Below, piece by piece: positions 11,800 to 24,532 of a stretch of DNA of 64,000 bases (the first letter of the stretch is position 1; every line of letters begins with the position of its first letter). The position numbers and the translations under genes are program-made. The notes under the pieces were generated by a model. The model saw only the letters and a program-made list of their open reading frames with translations. It searched no databases and had not been told where the DNA came from. Source of the stretch: Felis catus (taxonomy: Eukaryota); NCBI RefSeq assembly GCF_018350175.1, contig NC_058368.1, positions 172,486,001-172,550,000 on the forward strand. Direction: 5' to 3'.

Positions 11800-12230
11800 A
11801 TAATCATGATACCTAACATCTACTCAAAGCCACTAGGAGCTGGGCACTGTTCTAAGTATTTTCCATATATTATCTCATTTAGTTCTACCCACAGCCTATG
11901 AATGACAAAATCATTTTTCCCAGTTTTAGAAGAGGATGTTTTCTCTCTTTCAGCTTCATTTTGTAGACATTGCCCGTTTGCATAGGATAGCGGTTAAGAG
12001 CTGGGGTTTTGTAGTCAAGTTGCTTGGGGTCAGATAAGACTCACCATGACCAGCTAGCTACGTGACCTCAAGCAAATTATTTAAACTAAGCCCAGGTTTC
12101 TTCATCTTTAAAATGGGGATCATAACACGTTCTTCACAGAGGTGTTGTGAGAATTAAACAAGATAAAAATATGTAGAAAATTTAGACAATCCCTGGCACA
12201 CAGTAAACTGATCAATGAATGTTAGCAATC
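11800..12230. mobile_element. MIR relics (two, opposite orientations)
   Basis: ggcactgttctaagtattt... and ggtttcttcatctttaaaatggggat...gttgtgagaattaaa core motifs. Confidence 0.6.
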
Positions 12231-12359
12231 ATCTGGTCACATCTCACAATTTTAGTTATTTGGAATCCATTTTGAATAACTCCACAGGGACAAACATAAG
12301 GGAGAAATATATACTCTCTCCCAGCTTTTAAAGGTTACCTGTTGAAAAACAAACCTTTG

Positions 12360-12577
12360 GGGGCGCCTGGGTGGCGCAGTCGGTTAAGCGTCCGACTTCA
12401 ACCAGGTCACGATCTCGCGGTCCGTGAGTTCGAGCCCGGCGTCAGGCTCTGGGCTGATGGCTCAGAGCCTGGAGCCTGTTTCCGATTCTGTGTCTCCCTT
12501 TCTCTCTGCCCCTCCCCCGTTCATGCTCTGTCTCTCTCTGTCCCAAAAATAAATAAACGTTGAAAAAAAAGAAAAAA
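12360..12577 (+). mobile_element. Young SINEC_Fc-type CanSINE
   Basis: CpG-rich (gcgcagtcggttaagcgtccgac); 17-bp TSD gaaaaacaaacctttgg. Confidence 0.95.
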
Positions 12578-13849
12578 GAAAAACAAACCTTTGGCACCTA
12601 ACCAGTGGCTAAAATTTCATCAATGATTTTATACTTAATATTAGGGCTATTGTAAAGAAAAGAGCCAATTAAGTCAGAGCCAAAGTTATATTTCTCTGAG
12701 TAAAGAATACTCCATTAGTAACTCAAAGTCTTTGGTTATTGGGTTTGAAAGACTTTGCTTCCCTATTCTACTTGGCCTACTCTTATCTCCAGAGGACAAC
12801 CCACCTTCCTAAAACTGGTGGCAGCAGCTCAAAAGCAGAACAAGTATGAGTTATTCATCAGATCTGTGCTCTGGCTGCTCTCACCACTCCTCTGTTTTCT
12901 ACCTGCATTTCCTTCTTTTCTATTCTTCATTTGAATGTTGGGGCCTCACATCACATTATGGGCAGATGATAATGCAGAGTGGTTAGGGGGTCCCGAGACC
13001 TGTATTAATAGCGTCCTATGATACTGTCTGTATCTAGTGATCGTTAATTTTTCATTTCTGTGGGTTATTTAGACAACATTACCTAATTTATTCCCTCAAT
13101 GACAAGAGAGAAAATACTCCTTTCAAAACACCAGGGGCAGCTACCTTTCTGAATTTAGACATACCACACCGATAGAAAGAAGCATGGGAGAATTTGAACA
13201 AATCAGCTTCCAGGTGTCAGCCTTCCCTGTCATAGCACATTTACTATTCCCAGATAATAGTGACATCAACAGAAGCATCAGTAAATCGTTTAGTCCAGAA
13301 GGGAAGCACTGTTTGAGTCTTTAGTCATTTATTAATGTCAATGCTTGGTACAAAATTCAGGAGCGCAACTCCCATGAGGACCTCTAGCTTCCTCTAGCAC
13401 AGATTACATTGCAAATGCAGGCCAATTGTCTTAAGAATCTGGTCTGTGATCACAAGGAAAACTGGGTGGTAAAGGATTGATAAATAGAGCCTACTTATCT
13501 TTCTGGGAAAAACAAAAACCAAGAGCAATTCAAAGCACATGTCCTACCTACTAAGGGAAGATAAATAATATTAGCTCCCAATGATAAAATTCAATTCTTT
13601 GGCCTTTGGCTATCTTCAAGAAGTGAACCTTTTAGTGTCCTATTTTGAATATATGTCACATGTGTCCTATCTAGGGATAATGTACTGAATTTCAATGAAA
13701 CTTTGGGAATAGAGTGGAAGATGTATTTTGAAATGCAATTCCCTTTCCCTGCCTTAAGACTGTTGATAGGTGGCAAGAAGCAAAGAAATGAAAAAATGCA
13801 TTTTTCTTACTGAAGTGTGCTTACCAACATCATCATCACTGGCTATTTC

Positions 13850-14101
13850 TTTTTTTTTTTTTTTAATTTTTTAAAATGTTTATTTTTGAGAGAGACAGAG
13901 AGACAGAGAGACAGAGACAGAGACAGAGACAGAGCACGAGCGGGGAAAGAGCAGAGAGAAAGGGAGACACAGAATCCAAAACAGGGTCCAGGCTCTGAGC
14001 TGTCAGCACAGAGCCCGATGCAGGGCTTGAACTCACAAACCGTGGGATCATGACCTGAGCTGAAGCCAGGCGCTCAACCGACTGAGCCACTGAGGCACCC
14101 C
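13850..14101 (-). mobile_element. CanSINE
   Basis: TSD actggctatttctt; internal (GAGACA)n. Confidence 0.95.
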
Positions 14102-14614
14102 TACTGGCTATTTCTTAATGCTGCACTCTTTACAAGGAAGTTCAATGATCCTTGGTGTATTTAAGCACAGGCTTGAGAACATCTAATGGAAGGTAGTTCA
14201 GAGACAACCAAAAGGAAGCAAGAATAAATAACCTTTAAAATTCTTCTCCAGCTCTAGATTATTCCCAGATTCTATTGTCCTGGTTAAATTTAATATAAAG
14301 GAGAAAATGTCTGCCCTTAGGCAGTTAATAATTTAGTTATGAAAGCACAGCTGAGGCAAGCATCCTTAACTCTAAAAAGACAATTAAAAATAATATTTGG
14401 CAGCTTATTATCTTGGCTTGTCTAAACTAGATATATGAAGGAGATAAGCAAGAGGGTTGATTTAGGGCTAAAGAATTCAAAGGATTGTTTAGGCAAAGTG
14501 TTAAAATGAGCATTAGAGCAAAGAAGTATTAATTGAATTTCACTTGAACCTGAGGCTGGCTTGGGGTTAAAGGGGCTAATGTTCATGGTCCACAAAGTTT
14601 AAGATTTTATTAGA

Positions 14615-14815
14615 TTTTTTGTAATGTTTATTTATTTTTGAGAGAGAGAGAAAGAGCACAAGAGGGGGAGAAGCAGAGAGAATGGGGCCAGAGGATCAGA
14701 AGCAGGCTCTGTGATGACAGCTGAGTGCCCAATGCAGGGCTCAAACTCATGAATGGGAGATCATGACCTGAGACGAAGTCAGACTCTCAACCAACGGAGC
14801 CACCCAGGTGTCTCT
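14615..14815 (-). mobile_element. CanSINE
   Basis: TSD taagatttt. Confidence 0.9.
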
Positions 14816-15091
14816 AAGATTTTTTTTTTAAGACTTGTCTCTCTTGGTTAGAAGGCAGAGACTGTATTTTGGATCAACTTCTCTTCCTCTTACAAGGCAT
14901 ATTAATGGGCCATGTATTCAGTAAGCCCTTGTTAGTCACTAATTTTTAAGTACCAGACTGAATGAGGATAATGCTAATCTGGGCCTATGCTCTGTAATGA
15001 GAAGCATCACACAGATCCTTTGATTGGCATGGCCATAGGGTTTGTCATATTTCTTGGCTGAAGATTAGCCTAATCAAAATGGAAAATGCTT

Positions 15092-15315
15092 GGGGAGCCT
15101 GGGTGGCGCAGTCGGTTAAGCGTCCGACTTCAGCCAGGTCACAATCTCGCGGTCCGTGGGTTCGAGACACGCGTCGGGCTCTGGGCTGATGGCTCAGAGC
15201 CTGGAGCCTGTTTCCGATTCTGTGTCTCCCTCTCTCTCTGCCCCTCCCCCGTTCATGCTCTGTCTCTCTCTGTCCCAAAAATAAATAAACGTTGAAAAAA
15301 AAAAATAAAAAAAAA
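15092..15315 (+). mobile_element. Young SINEC_Fc-type CanSINE
   Basis: TSD aaaatggaaaatgc. Confidence 0.95.
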
Positions 15316-15439
15316 AAATGGAAAATGCCAGGCAGGAAAAATACACAAACAGGAATTTAAAAAATGATTCTGATTCCAGCTTCTTAGCAAAAAATAGAAT
15401 TATATTATGCTTTATTCCTAAAAAGTTGCTACTTTTCAC

Positions 15440-16960
15440 TTAAGTATTTTAATGTGTTGGATCATATTAATTTTCTAATGTTAAACCAAACTTGCATTCA
15501 AGAGACAAACCCAACATAGTCAAAATATGTGATATTTATTATTGATTTTGGTTTGCTAGTATTTTGTCTACTATTTTTGCATCTCTGTTCAAAAGTAAAA
15601 TTGGCCTTATAACTTTTTCTTCATATACTGTCCTTGTCACATTTTGGTATTAAGTTTATGTGTGAGTCTAATGATTTGTTTTTGAATGTTAAGTAGGCCT
15701 CACAGTGAAGCTATCTGGGCCTTGTGGACATTTTGAAAATTACTGTTTTGATTTTATTCTTAGTTATAGAACTATTCAGATGTTATACTCCTTAATAAAT
15801 TAGTTTTAGAAAGTTATATTTTCCTGGAAGTTTCCTTCTTCCTTAAAAAAATTTTTTTTAAGTTTATTTATTTTGAGAGAGAGAGACAGTGAGTGCAAGC
15901 GGGGGGAGGGGCAGAGAGCAAGGGAGAGAGAGAACTCCAGTCAGGCTCTGTGCCATCAGCACAGAGCCCCACATGGGCCTTGATCCCACAAACACTGAGA
16001 TCATGACCTGGGCCAAATCAAGAGTCAGATGCTTAACAGACTGAGCCACCCAGGCACTGCTCCTTATTTCTTTTAAATTTTTAAAATATATTGGCAGAGC
16101 TGTTCATAGTGTTTTCTTTTTGTTCATTTCTGCAGTATCTTTGTACTCTTGATATCAGTTATAACAAACCCTCACTTGGCCACCTAACCTGCCAACAGCT
16201 ACACTTGGCTGGATGACACAGTCTTGACTTAGTTGCTATGTGTGCATATCAGAGGCCCCTGGATGTCCTATTCCTTCTACATACATGCCTCACCTACATA
16301 GCATATTACCTTCGGCCAGCCCAGTGTGTAGCCAACCAACAAACCCAGATATTGCCAATCAACAGTGCCCAGGGGCTTTGCATTTCTGATAAGGACCTAG
16401 ACAGTTTGTGGTCTTCTTTTCCCCCAAACTGCAACCTAGAGAACTTTCCTGGACGCCATGCTTGATTGAGTTGCCGGTTTCCCCACTCAGCAGTCAGTCC
16501 TAGGTCTCTAATGGGCTCTATTTGTTGTCCTTAACAATTATTTGTGCCTTCTCTTTTTTTACTTTAGCATTCTTGCCAAGAAGTTATCAATTTCATAAAT
16601 ATTTTTAAAAACTCATCTTTTGTTTTTATTGTGCCTCTATATTGTGTGCTTGTTTTGTATTTCATTAATATTTCTTATTTTTATTATATCCCTTTTTCTA
16701 TTTTGTGTTTATTTTGCCGTTCTTTTTCTAAATTCTTGGAATGGATGCTCAACTCAGCCCTTTTTTATTTTCTTATAAAGCCATCACATTTCCTCTAAGT
16801 GCTGCATTTCAATTAATATTTTCATAATCCTTCAATTCAAATTATTTTTAAATGGTCATAATTTTGTCTTAGCTCCATGGGCTATTTCAGAGTATGTTGC
16901 TTAATTTCCCATCATATGGGGTTTGGGCAGTGTTACTGATTTATAGGTTCATTCCAATAT
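15440..16960 (-). mobile_element. Old L1 ORF2-region relic, interrupted by a SINE and an unclassified insert
   Basis: T-rich L1 antisense motifs (gtttgctagtattttg, cagtgaagctatctgggcct, ttgcttaatttcc). Confidence 0.6.
15844..16060 (-). mobile_element. CanSINE
   Basis: Full SINE structure. Confidence 0.9.
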
Positions 16961-17013
16961 ATGTAGAACGCAGGGCAATGAACCTATAGATCAATAACAC
17001 TGCCAAGGAGATG

Positions 17014-17200
17014 TTTGTAATGTTTATTTATTCTGAGAGGTGGGGAGAGAGGTAGAGAGGGGGAGAGACAGAATCCCAAGCAGGCTCTGCACTCTGAGCA
17101 CAGAACTCAACATGGGGCTCAATCTCATAAACCATGAGATCATGACCTGAGCCAAAATCAAGAGTTGGATGCTTAACTGATTGAGCCGCCCAGACATCCC
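17014..17200 (-). mobile_element. CanSINE
   Basis: Full SINE structure. Confidence 0.9.
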
Positions 17201-17431
17201 TGTCAGGCAGATTTTTACAATCCATTCTTACCATCTGTTTTTAAACTATAGAATTTAATCTATTTATTTTCAATTGAATTACTAATACAAGGATTAATTT
17301 CTTTCACCTCATTTTCTTCTTCCTATACATCTAATTTGTTCTATATTTATTTCTCTTTTCTTGCCCTTTGAAAAATGTTCTCATTTCACTTTTTAAATCT
17401 ATAGGTTTGACTGTTAAACATTTTCTTTCTA

Positions 17432-17583
17432 GGGGTGCCCGGCTGGCTCAGTCAGAAGAACATGAGACTCTTGATCTCATGGTCATGACTTCGAGCCCCA
17501 TTTTGGGTGTAGAGATTAGTTAAATAAGTAACCAACTAAATAAATAAATAAATAAACTTTTGAAAATAAATAAAAATTTAAAA
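17432..17583 (+). mobile_element. Short CanSINE variant
   Basis: ggggtgcccggctggctcag...ggtgtagagatt, with a (TAAA)n tail. Confidence 0.85.
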
Positions 17584-17598
17584 AAATATTTTCTTTCT

Positions 17599-18260
17599 GG
17601 GAATGCAACCTGGTGCAGCCACTCTGAAAAACAGTATGAAGGTTCCTCAAAAAACTAAAAATAGAACTACCCTATGACCCAGCCATTGCACTACTAGGCA
17701 TTTATCCATGGGATATAGGCGTGCTGTTTCGAAGGGACACATGCATCCCCATGTTTATAGCAGCACTATCAACAATAGCCAAAGTATGGAAAGAGCCCCA
17801 ATGTCCATCGGTGGATGAATGGATAAAGAAGATGTGGTATATATATATGCAATGGAGTATTACTCGGCAATCAAAAAGAATGAAATCTTGCCATTTGCAA
17901 CTACGTGGATGGAACTGGAGGGCATCATGCTAAGTGAAATTAGTCAGTCAGAGAAAGACAAAAATCATATGACTTCACTCATATGAGGACTTTAAGAGAC
18001 AAAACAGATGAACATAAGGGAAGGGAAACAAAAATAATATAAAAATAGGGAGGGGGACAAAACATTAGAGACTCATAAATATGGAGAACAAACTGAGGGT
18101 TGCTGGAGGGGTTGTGGAAGGGGAGATGGGCTAAATGGGTAAGGGGCACTAAGGAATCTACTCCTGAAATCATTGTTGCACTATATGCTAACTAATTTGG
18201 ATATAAATTTAAAAAATAAAAAAAATTTTAAAAATTAAAAACAAAAACAAAAACAAACAA
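17599..18260 (+). mobile_element. 5'-truncated carnivore L1 (ORF2 C-terminus, 3' UTR, A tail)
   Basis: ORF fragment [34 protein letters not shown]-rich tail. Confidence 0.95.
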
Positions 18261-18600
18261 AAAATATTTTCTATTTTAGTGATTATGCTAGAAATTACAA
18301 CATGCATCCTTAATTTATTAAAATCTAAAGCTTATGAATTTATTTACCTATCTCTGGACCATATTAGGACCTTAGAAAATTTGAAATCTATCCATCCCAC
18401 TCCCAACATATAGGCTACTATTGTTTTATATTTATTTTCCCTAAAATCTCCAGAACACAGTATTATTGTTTTACTCTGCTTATTTATGTTTATCCACGTG
18501 TTCACTACTTTCTTTATTCTTCTTTTTCTCTTGCAACTCAGAACTTCTGTCTGGAACCACTACCATTTTGCTTGACATATATCTTTACAACTTATCTTAA

Positions 18601-18769
18601 TGAAGAGAGGGATAGGGGCAGAGAGAGAGGGAGACACAGAATCTGAATCAGGCTCTAGGCTCTGAGCTGTCAACACAGAGACCGACGCAGGGCTCGAACT
18701 CACAAACCGCAAGATCATGACCTGAGCCAAAGTCGGACGCTTAACTGACTGAGCCACCCAGCCGCCCCA
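18601..18769 (-). mobile_element. CanSINE lacking its 3' tail
   Basis: Head and body present; poly-T end absent. Confidence 0.85.
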
Positions 18770-18809
18770 TTTTAATGTTTCTTTTTATCCTATTCTTTGT
18801 GTGTGTTTC

Positions 18810-18812
<3 letters not shown>

Positions 18813-18856
<44 letters not shown>
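18813..18856. repeat. (TG)n microsatellite
   Basis: Read directly. Confidence 0.95.
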
Positions 18857-18858
<2 letters not shown>

Positions 18859-18899
18859 ATATTTTCTCCTGTATTTCATAATATATTAAAGAGGGATTT

Positions 18900-19073
18900 T
18901 TTTCCATTTTTTAAATTTGGGGGCAGGCAGAGGGAGAGGGAGAGGGAGAATCTCAAACAGGCTCCAAGCCCAGCGTGGAGCCCAGTGTGGGGCTCAAACC
19001 CACAACCCTGAGATCAGGACCTAAGCTAAAATCAAGAGTTAGACATTCAACCGACTGAGCTACCTAGGCACCC
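18900..19073 (-). mobile_element. CanSINE
   Basis: TSD taaag(a/t)gggatt. Confidence 0.85.
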
Positions 19074-20264
19074 ATAAAGTGGGATTATTTTGAGTGTTCT
19101 ACTTGCAGAGTCTCCATTCCATTTAAATTAAGTTTTTCTTCTTGTTTTGGTCTCTATTTCTCATTTTAGAGGAATTTCTCAGACATCTGGTGCTCCTTGG
19201 TTGTTTGCCCCATTAGGCCATATGATGTATTCCAGATTTCAGATCAACATTCCCAAAATGACTATAGTTTATTGGGTCCAGTTCAGGAAACACTGATCTC
19301 TGCCATCTTAGATGAACGGGAACTTTATCAGACCAGGCATAGGCAGGAGTAACACAGACAAAATGGTTTTCATAAGCCTCACCCCCCTTCCTTCCTCAGA
19401 TTTTTCTCCACAACTCAAATTTTCCTTCATCTACTGTTGTCCTTCAAGACCTTTCCTGTGGCTCCTCCCTCAATAGAATCACTTCAAGTAAAAATCTGGT
19501 TATCTTATTAATATACAGTATGAATGACTGATAAGACTAAATATGTTGTCTGGTATTTGGTTTTTAGAAAATGGGGACAAAGCATTTCTTGGGGATATAC
19601 CAAAGGAATAGACTCTCAGGATATAAATTAGCCAACATCAAAGCAAATCAGCAGAAAGGTGTATGAAAATAGCCAACTCCCTTAATAAAAACAAACCTCT
19701 TATTCTACAAGACCGGCAATGGATGGAGAATCTCCACAATGGATGATGAAGAAGAACCTCATAACCTTAACTGTTGTCCTCTATGATTCACCTTCCCCTT
19801 TAGGATTTCCATCTAATTATGCCTGCATCCATTCCCAGGCCATAAAGAGGTAGAACTAGTTCCCTTTGGTATGGTGGCCCAAGAATGGACAACTCTTAAT
19901 TCCTTAATACCCCAAACAAAGCAAAGTGGCAGCATTCATAGAAGATTTTGCAAATGTCTAAAGAGAATTAACATAGGAGTGGCAAGAAACTACTACGGCA
20001 TATCTGAGGTGACTTACCATTCGTGGGTACTAGCCCTACCCCATCGTAATTCCCAGTACAGCCCTATCTATCGGGTATTATCACAGTTCCCAATATTTAC
20101 AAGCATAAGACCAGATAATCTAATTCCTCTCATCCCAAAAGCAAGGTAATGAAGACTGAGAAAGAAGCTATCTCCTGCACAAGTAGCAGACTGGTGGGCT
20201 ATGAACTATATCTAGCTCACAGATATATTTTGTCAGTTCTGCCTTACTTAAGAATCCTCTTTTA

Positions 20265-20483
20265 GGGGCGCCTGGGTGGCTCAGTCAGTTAGGCGTCCGA
20301 CTTTGGCTCAGGTCATGATCTCGCAATCCGTGAGTTCGAGCCCCGCGTCGGGCTCTGTGCCGACCGCTTAGAGCCTGAAGCCTGTTTCGGATTCTGTGTC
20401 TCCCTCTCTCTCTGACCCTCCCCCATTCATGCTCTGTCTCTCTCTGTCTCAAAAATAAATAAACGTTAAAAAATTAAAAAAAA
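20265..20483 (+). mobile_element. CanSINE (CpG-rich, young)
   Basis: TSD aagaatcctctttta. Confidence 0.95.
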
Positions 20484-20570
20484 AAGAATCCTCTTTTAAA
20501 ACTTTAGCCATCAACATTGAGAATCTGGAGAAATCATATTTAATAAAGGCAAAAATATGTTCTGGCATTG

Positions 20571-20571
<1 letters not shown>

Positions 20572-20615
<44 letters not shown>
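20572..20615. repeat. (CA)n microsatellite
   Basis: Read directly. Confidence 0.95.
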
Positions 20616-20618
<3 letters not shown>

Positions 20619-22661
20619 CATGAAACACACACACAAGATCTGGAAACATGTGGCCCCTTGTCCCACAGGGCAACATTCGGCTACAGTTGAGCATTAGCTA
20701 CCCTTGGCAAATAGGCACATGCCTTCAAGTTTGCTGGAGCCTCCATCTAGTCAACTTTGCTTGCTCACATTGTCTGCCTGCCTTCGGTAAACATTTGCAA
20801 CCCTCATGAACTGCAGGTCTGCGTCTGATGACCTACTCTTTCTCAGGTGACAGACTGGGAGGAACTACTAGCAATCACCTTCCCCTTCAGAGGACACCCC
20901 ACCCTTCTCAGGGCTGTGGCTTCATAGACCTAAGTATACACCATATTATAGTCCCGATAGTCATATAAGAGGCATACACTTAAAATGGGGTGCTTTTGTT
21001 ATGAAGAGGGCTTTTGCCCAAAAGCCAGTACCATCTCACTAAACACTAACACACCCTTAGTGAGATTAAATCTCACTAAGTACTGTGTTGACATATACAC
21101 AGCAAGGTGAAAATGTTGATGTTTACATCCCTGAGATTCTGGGTCTAGTTACTGTTACCCAAATGAGATATATGTGAAAAATCCTTTGAAAGATAATACA
21201 AACTAAGTAAAAAGAAAAAGGCATTGTGTAAAGTGCTAGAAAAATCTAAACATTATGAGTGTTTTGGTTTTGGCATGAAAGCAACTGAAATAGGTGGCAA
21301 TGGTAATTAAATTAACTCTTTAGGAGTCCAGGGTGGCATTTTCACGCCTAAATCTCGATGAAGAAATTCTTAACAAGAAAATGAAAACCATCTTGGAAAT
21401 TGGAATTCTAAGTTTTTGTTAATACAGCAGGAGAAAAATAGAAAAGAATACAGTGGTGTGAACTGTTAGAAAAACAATTAAGTCAGGAGTCAGGAGAGGT
21501 ATAGTCTAGCCCCAGCCATGTCACCAGCTAACTCTGTGACATGAGAATTATCATTATTTAACACTTCCTCTCCATTTCCTCATCTATACTATGTAGAGTA
21601 AAACTAGATGATATGTAACAAACCCTCTGGGCTGTACTATAATTCAAGGGCAAACTTTTATCAAAATACTCTAAATCTTAAGTCAGATAAATCAAAGAAA
21701 ACACTACAAATACCAAGAGACAAATCTGACATGATAATTAGTTTGCATTAAAATTTATCTAGAACTGACTTATACACATCCATAAAATGAAAGCTAAATA
21801 AATACACAACATCTCAGATTAAATTCTGCTTCAACTAGAAGTGAGAATGTTTTTCTTGTAGATAGCAAACATAAATGGATCCACTGGAAACCATACAAAA
21901 TGCTTCCAAAACAACCATAAAAATTTAACTGATTTAAACAGTCACTTACTAATGTCCTTTTATTAATATTCTCCAATGAACTTGCAGTAGCCTTGAGAGA
22001 GATAAAACAGGAAGCAAAATAAGCCTTCCTGAGCCTTTTGTGATTTTAATGTTGAGTGACAGATTCTCTAGAATGAACAATGGACAATGAAAGAGTCTGG
22101 CCAAACTAAACACTTTCTGTGAGCAGACTGAGCCTTTATCTCAGCCAAGAAATCATTTTTACTCCATGAAAAATATCTAAAATCTTGCCAAGTTGTACCA
22201 CTGCCACTGAAATTGGAATGGCTTCAACATCCCATAAATACAGTGACACTTAATGAATTGCTTCAGTTAAATCATGCTGGAGGGAAAATAGATGAACAAT
22301 CTTATTGTGTTATATGTCGTTCAAAAGATACAATCAACGCAGGTAATCAGGGGCGCCCTTCATGCCAGGATTACCCTTGAGGTAGGCACATCTGGATTCC
22401 CATGAACTTTTTATTTTTTGCTGACTAAAATGAAGTAATTTATACCATTGGGAAGTGAGTTAAAATAATATATTCGAAAAGAGCAGCACCAAATAGCCAG
22501 AAAAAACAGCAAAAAATTAAATCAGAAAGTAAGAAGGACCAGTGTGTAATACTTGAAACATCATTTTCCAAGAATTTCGACCACCACAGAACAGCATAGT
22601 GACTTATAGGAGGTAATGACCTGCAAAAGAAATATAAACTATTTAATATCTCAAGAAATAA

Positions 22662-22845
22662 GGGTGCCTGGGTGACTCGGTTGAACATCCGACTTTGGCT
22701 CAGGTCATGATGTCATGGTTTTTGAGTTCCAGCCCCATATTGGGCTCTCTGCTGTCAGCACAGAGCCTGCTTCAGATCCTCTGTTCCCCTCTCTCTGCCC
22801 CTTCCTGCTCTCGCTCTTTCTCTCAAATATAAACATTTTTTAAAA
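22662..22845 (+). mobile_element. CanSINE
   Basis: SINE head, CT tract and tail. Confidence 0.9.
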
Positions 22846-22917
22846 AATCTCAAAAAATACCTGAGAATCCAGTGATCTTATATATGCTTGCTTAAAAGTT
22901 TAAAAAGGAATACACCA

Positions 22918-23126
22918 GGGGTGCCTGGGTGGCTCAGTTGGTTGAGCATCTGACTTTGGCTCAGGTCACGATCTCATGGTTCGTGAGTTTGAGCCCCGAG
23001 TCAGTCTCTGTGCTGATGGCTTGGAGCCTGGAGCCTGCTTCAGATTGTGTCTCTCTCCCTCTCTCTGCCCCTCTGCCGCTCGCTTCTCTTTCTCTCTCTC
23101 AAAAATAAATAAACATTAAAAAAAAA
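22918..23126 (+). mobile_element. CanSINE
   Basis: TSD gaat(a/g)cacc. Confidence 0.9.
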
Positions 23127-23866
23127 AGAATGCACCCTGTTCTTTCCTTCTTACATTGTCCTTTATTGTCTCCTTTTGCCTGCAGTGACTGCAAAATGGA
23201 CAGATGATAGTCAATGTACTACAAATAGACTTGACATCTTTAAGTGCAGAATTCAGAGTTCAGACTATGAAAAGCCAAATAAACACAAAGAATCAAAGTC
23301 CAAATATATCCAATACAGAAACATTTTCAGGCTGATAAATAACATACATCTGATTCTTGATTATTTTCACTTTCTCAGATGGTGTCAAAGTCATTTGTTA
23401 TCTTTGATTTCATTAGCTGTTTAGCACTTACATTCTAATATATGGGTTCAGTTATCTGAGATCCCACAACACCTAAAATAACCAGTGAGGTCATAACTTG
23501 GTAGGGGTTTGAGGTGAAGTGATTTACAATATCCTCTCCTATTCCCTTGTTCAGAAGTTCTCTTGGCCTCTTCATGGCAAATTACATGATTTCTCAGGCT
23601 AAACGCAAACAGATATTCTTTCTATTTCAATATTTTCTATTTTCCCTGAGTTAGGAAAAAGGAAAATATTTAGTTTTAGTGGATGCTGCTGATCTGTAGG
23701 TTACTAGATCTGAGATATATTAAGGATATTATCATATTAATATCCTTAATTATGCTCATAATTTGAAAGCAATATATGCCACATATAAGCTGCTGTAATA
23801 ACCAAGATTTTTCTGCATTAATACACTTTCATTGTAGGATTATGTCCCTGTGTAGGCTGAGTTGAG

Positions 23867-23985
23867 CCTTCTTCTTCTCCTCCTCCTCACCTTCTCCCCT
23901 TCCTCCCCCCCCCCCCCCCCTTCTTCTCCTTCTCCTTCTCCTTCTCCTTCTCCCCCTCCTCCTCCTCCTTCTCCTCCTCCTCCTT
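23867..23985. repeat. Polypyrimidine (CTT/CCT/C)n low-complexity tract
   Basis: About 120 bp of almost pure pyrimidine on the + strand. Confidence 0.9.
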
Positions 23986-24333
23986 GTAAATAGCAAAGCC
24001 ATTGCAATAGTCATTCTAGAAAATGTCTTTGCTGGTAATCTTAACAGTGTTTGGGCAACCTTATATCCTTTTTACTCCCTGACCCTGATGGGCTCTGTAA
24101 GTTACTGTCTGATAACAAAGTGATCATCAGCTTAAATGTCAAGAGCCCTAAACAGCCCAAGAAGACAAACTAGAAGAGAAAAAAAGCTCTAAGGTTTGTA
24201 CGTGAAAGAATTCTTTAATACAGTGCTTCTCTCAGTCTTCACCCAAGTACTCCAAAGGCAGTGGGCAAAGAAGTGTGTAATTACCCCAAGCCAGAGATTT
24301 CTTTCAAGTCTCATGTTTTACATTGAAAATTCA

Positions 24334-24532
24334 GGGGTGCCTGGGTGGCTCAGTCAGTTGAAATTCTGACTTCAGCTCAGATCATGGTCTCATGGTTCAT
24401 GGGTTCAAGCCCCGCATTGGGCTCACTGTTGTCAGCATGGAGCCTGCTCCAGATCCCCTGCCCCCACTTCCCCTTCCATGCTTGCGTTCTCTCTCTCAAA
24501 AATAAACAAAACATTTAAAAAAGAAAGAAAGT
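24334..24532 (+). mobile_element. CanSINE
   Basis: Full structure. Confidence 0.9.

Noticed and set aside
12342..12563. Recurrent 'GAPGWRSRLSVRLQPGHDL…' and 'MAQSVERPTSAQVMI…' ORFs suggesting a gene family
   Set aside because: These are translations of CanSINE copies, not genes.
19560..20200. Unique-looking stretch with a minus-strand donor-like atg|gtaagtc
   Set aside because: I could not identify a matching acceptor or coding frame, and such motifs are common by chance in long introns.
23829..24014. Arg/Gly/Glu-rich protamine-like ORF
   Set aside because: It is a translation of a simple-repeat tract with no supporting gene structure.
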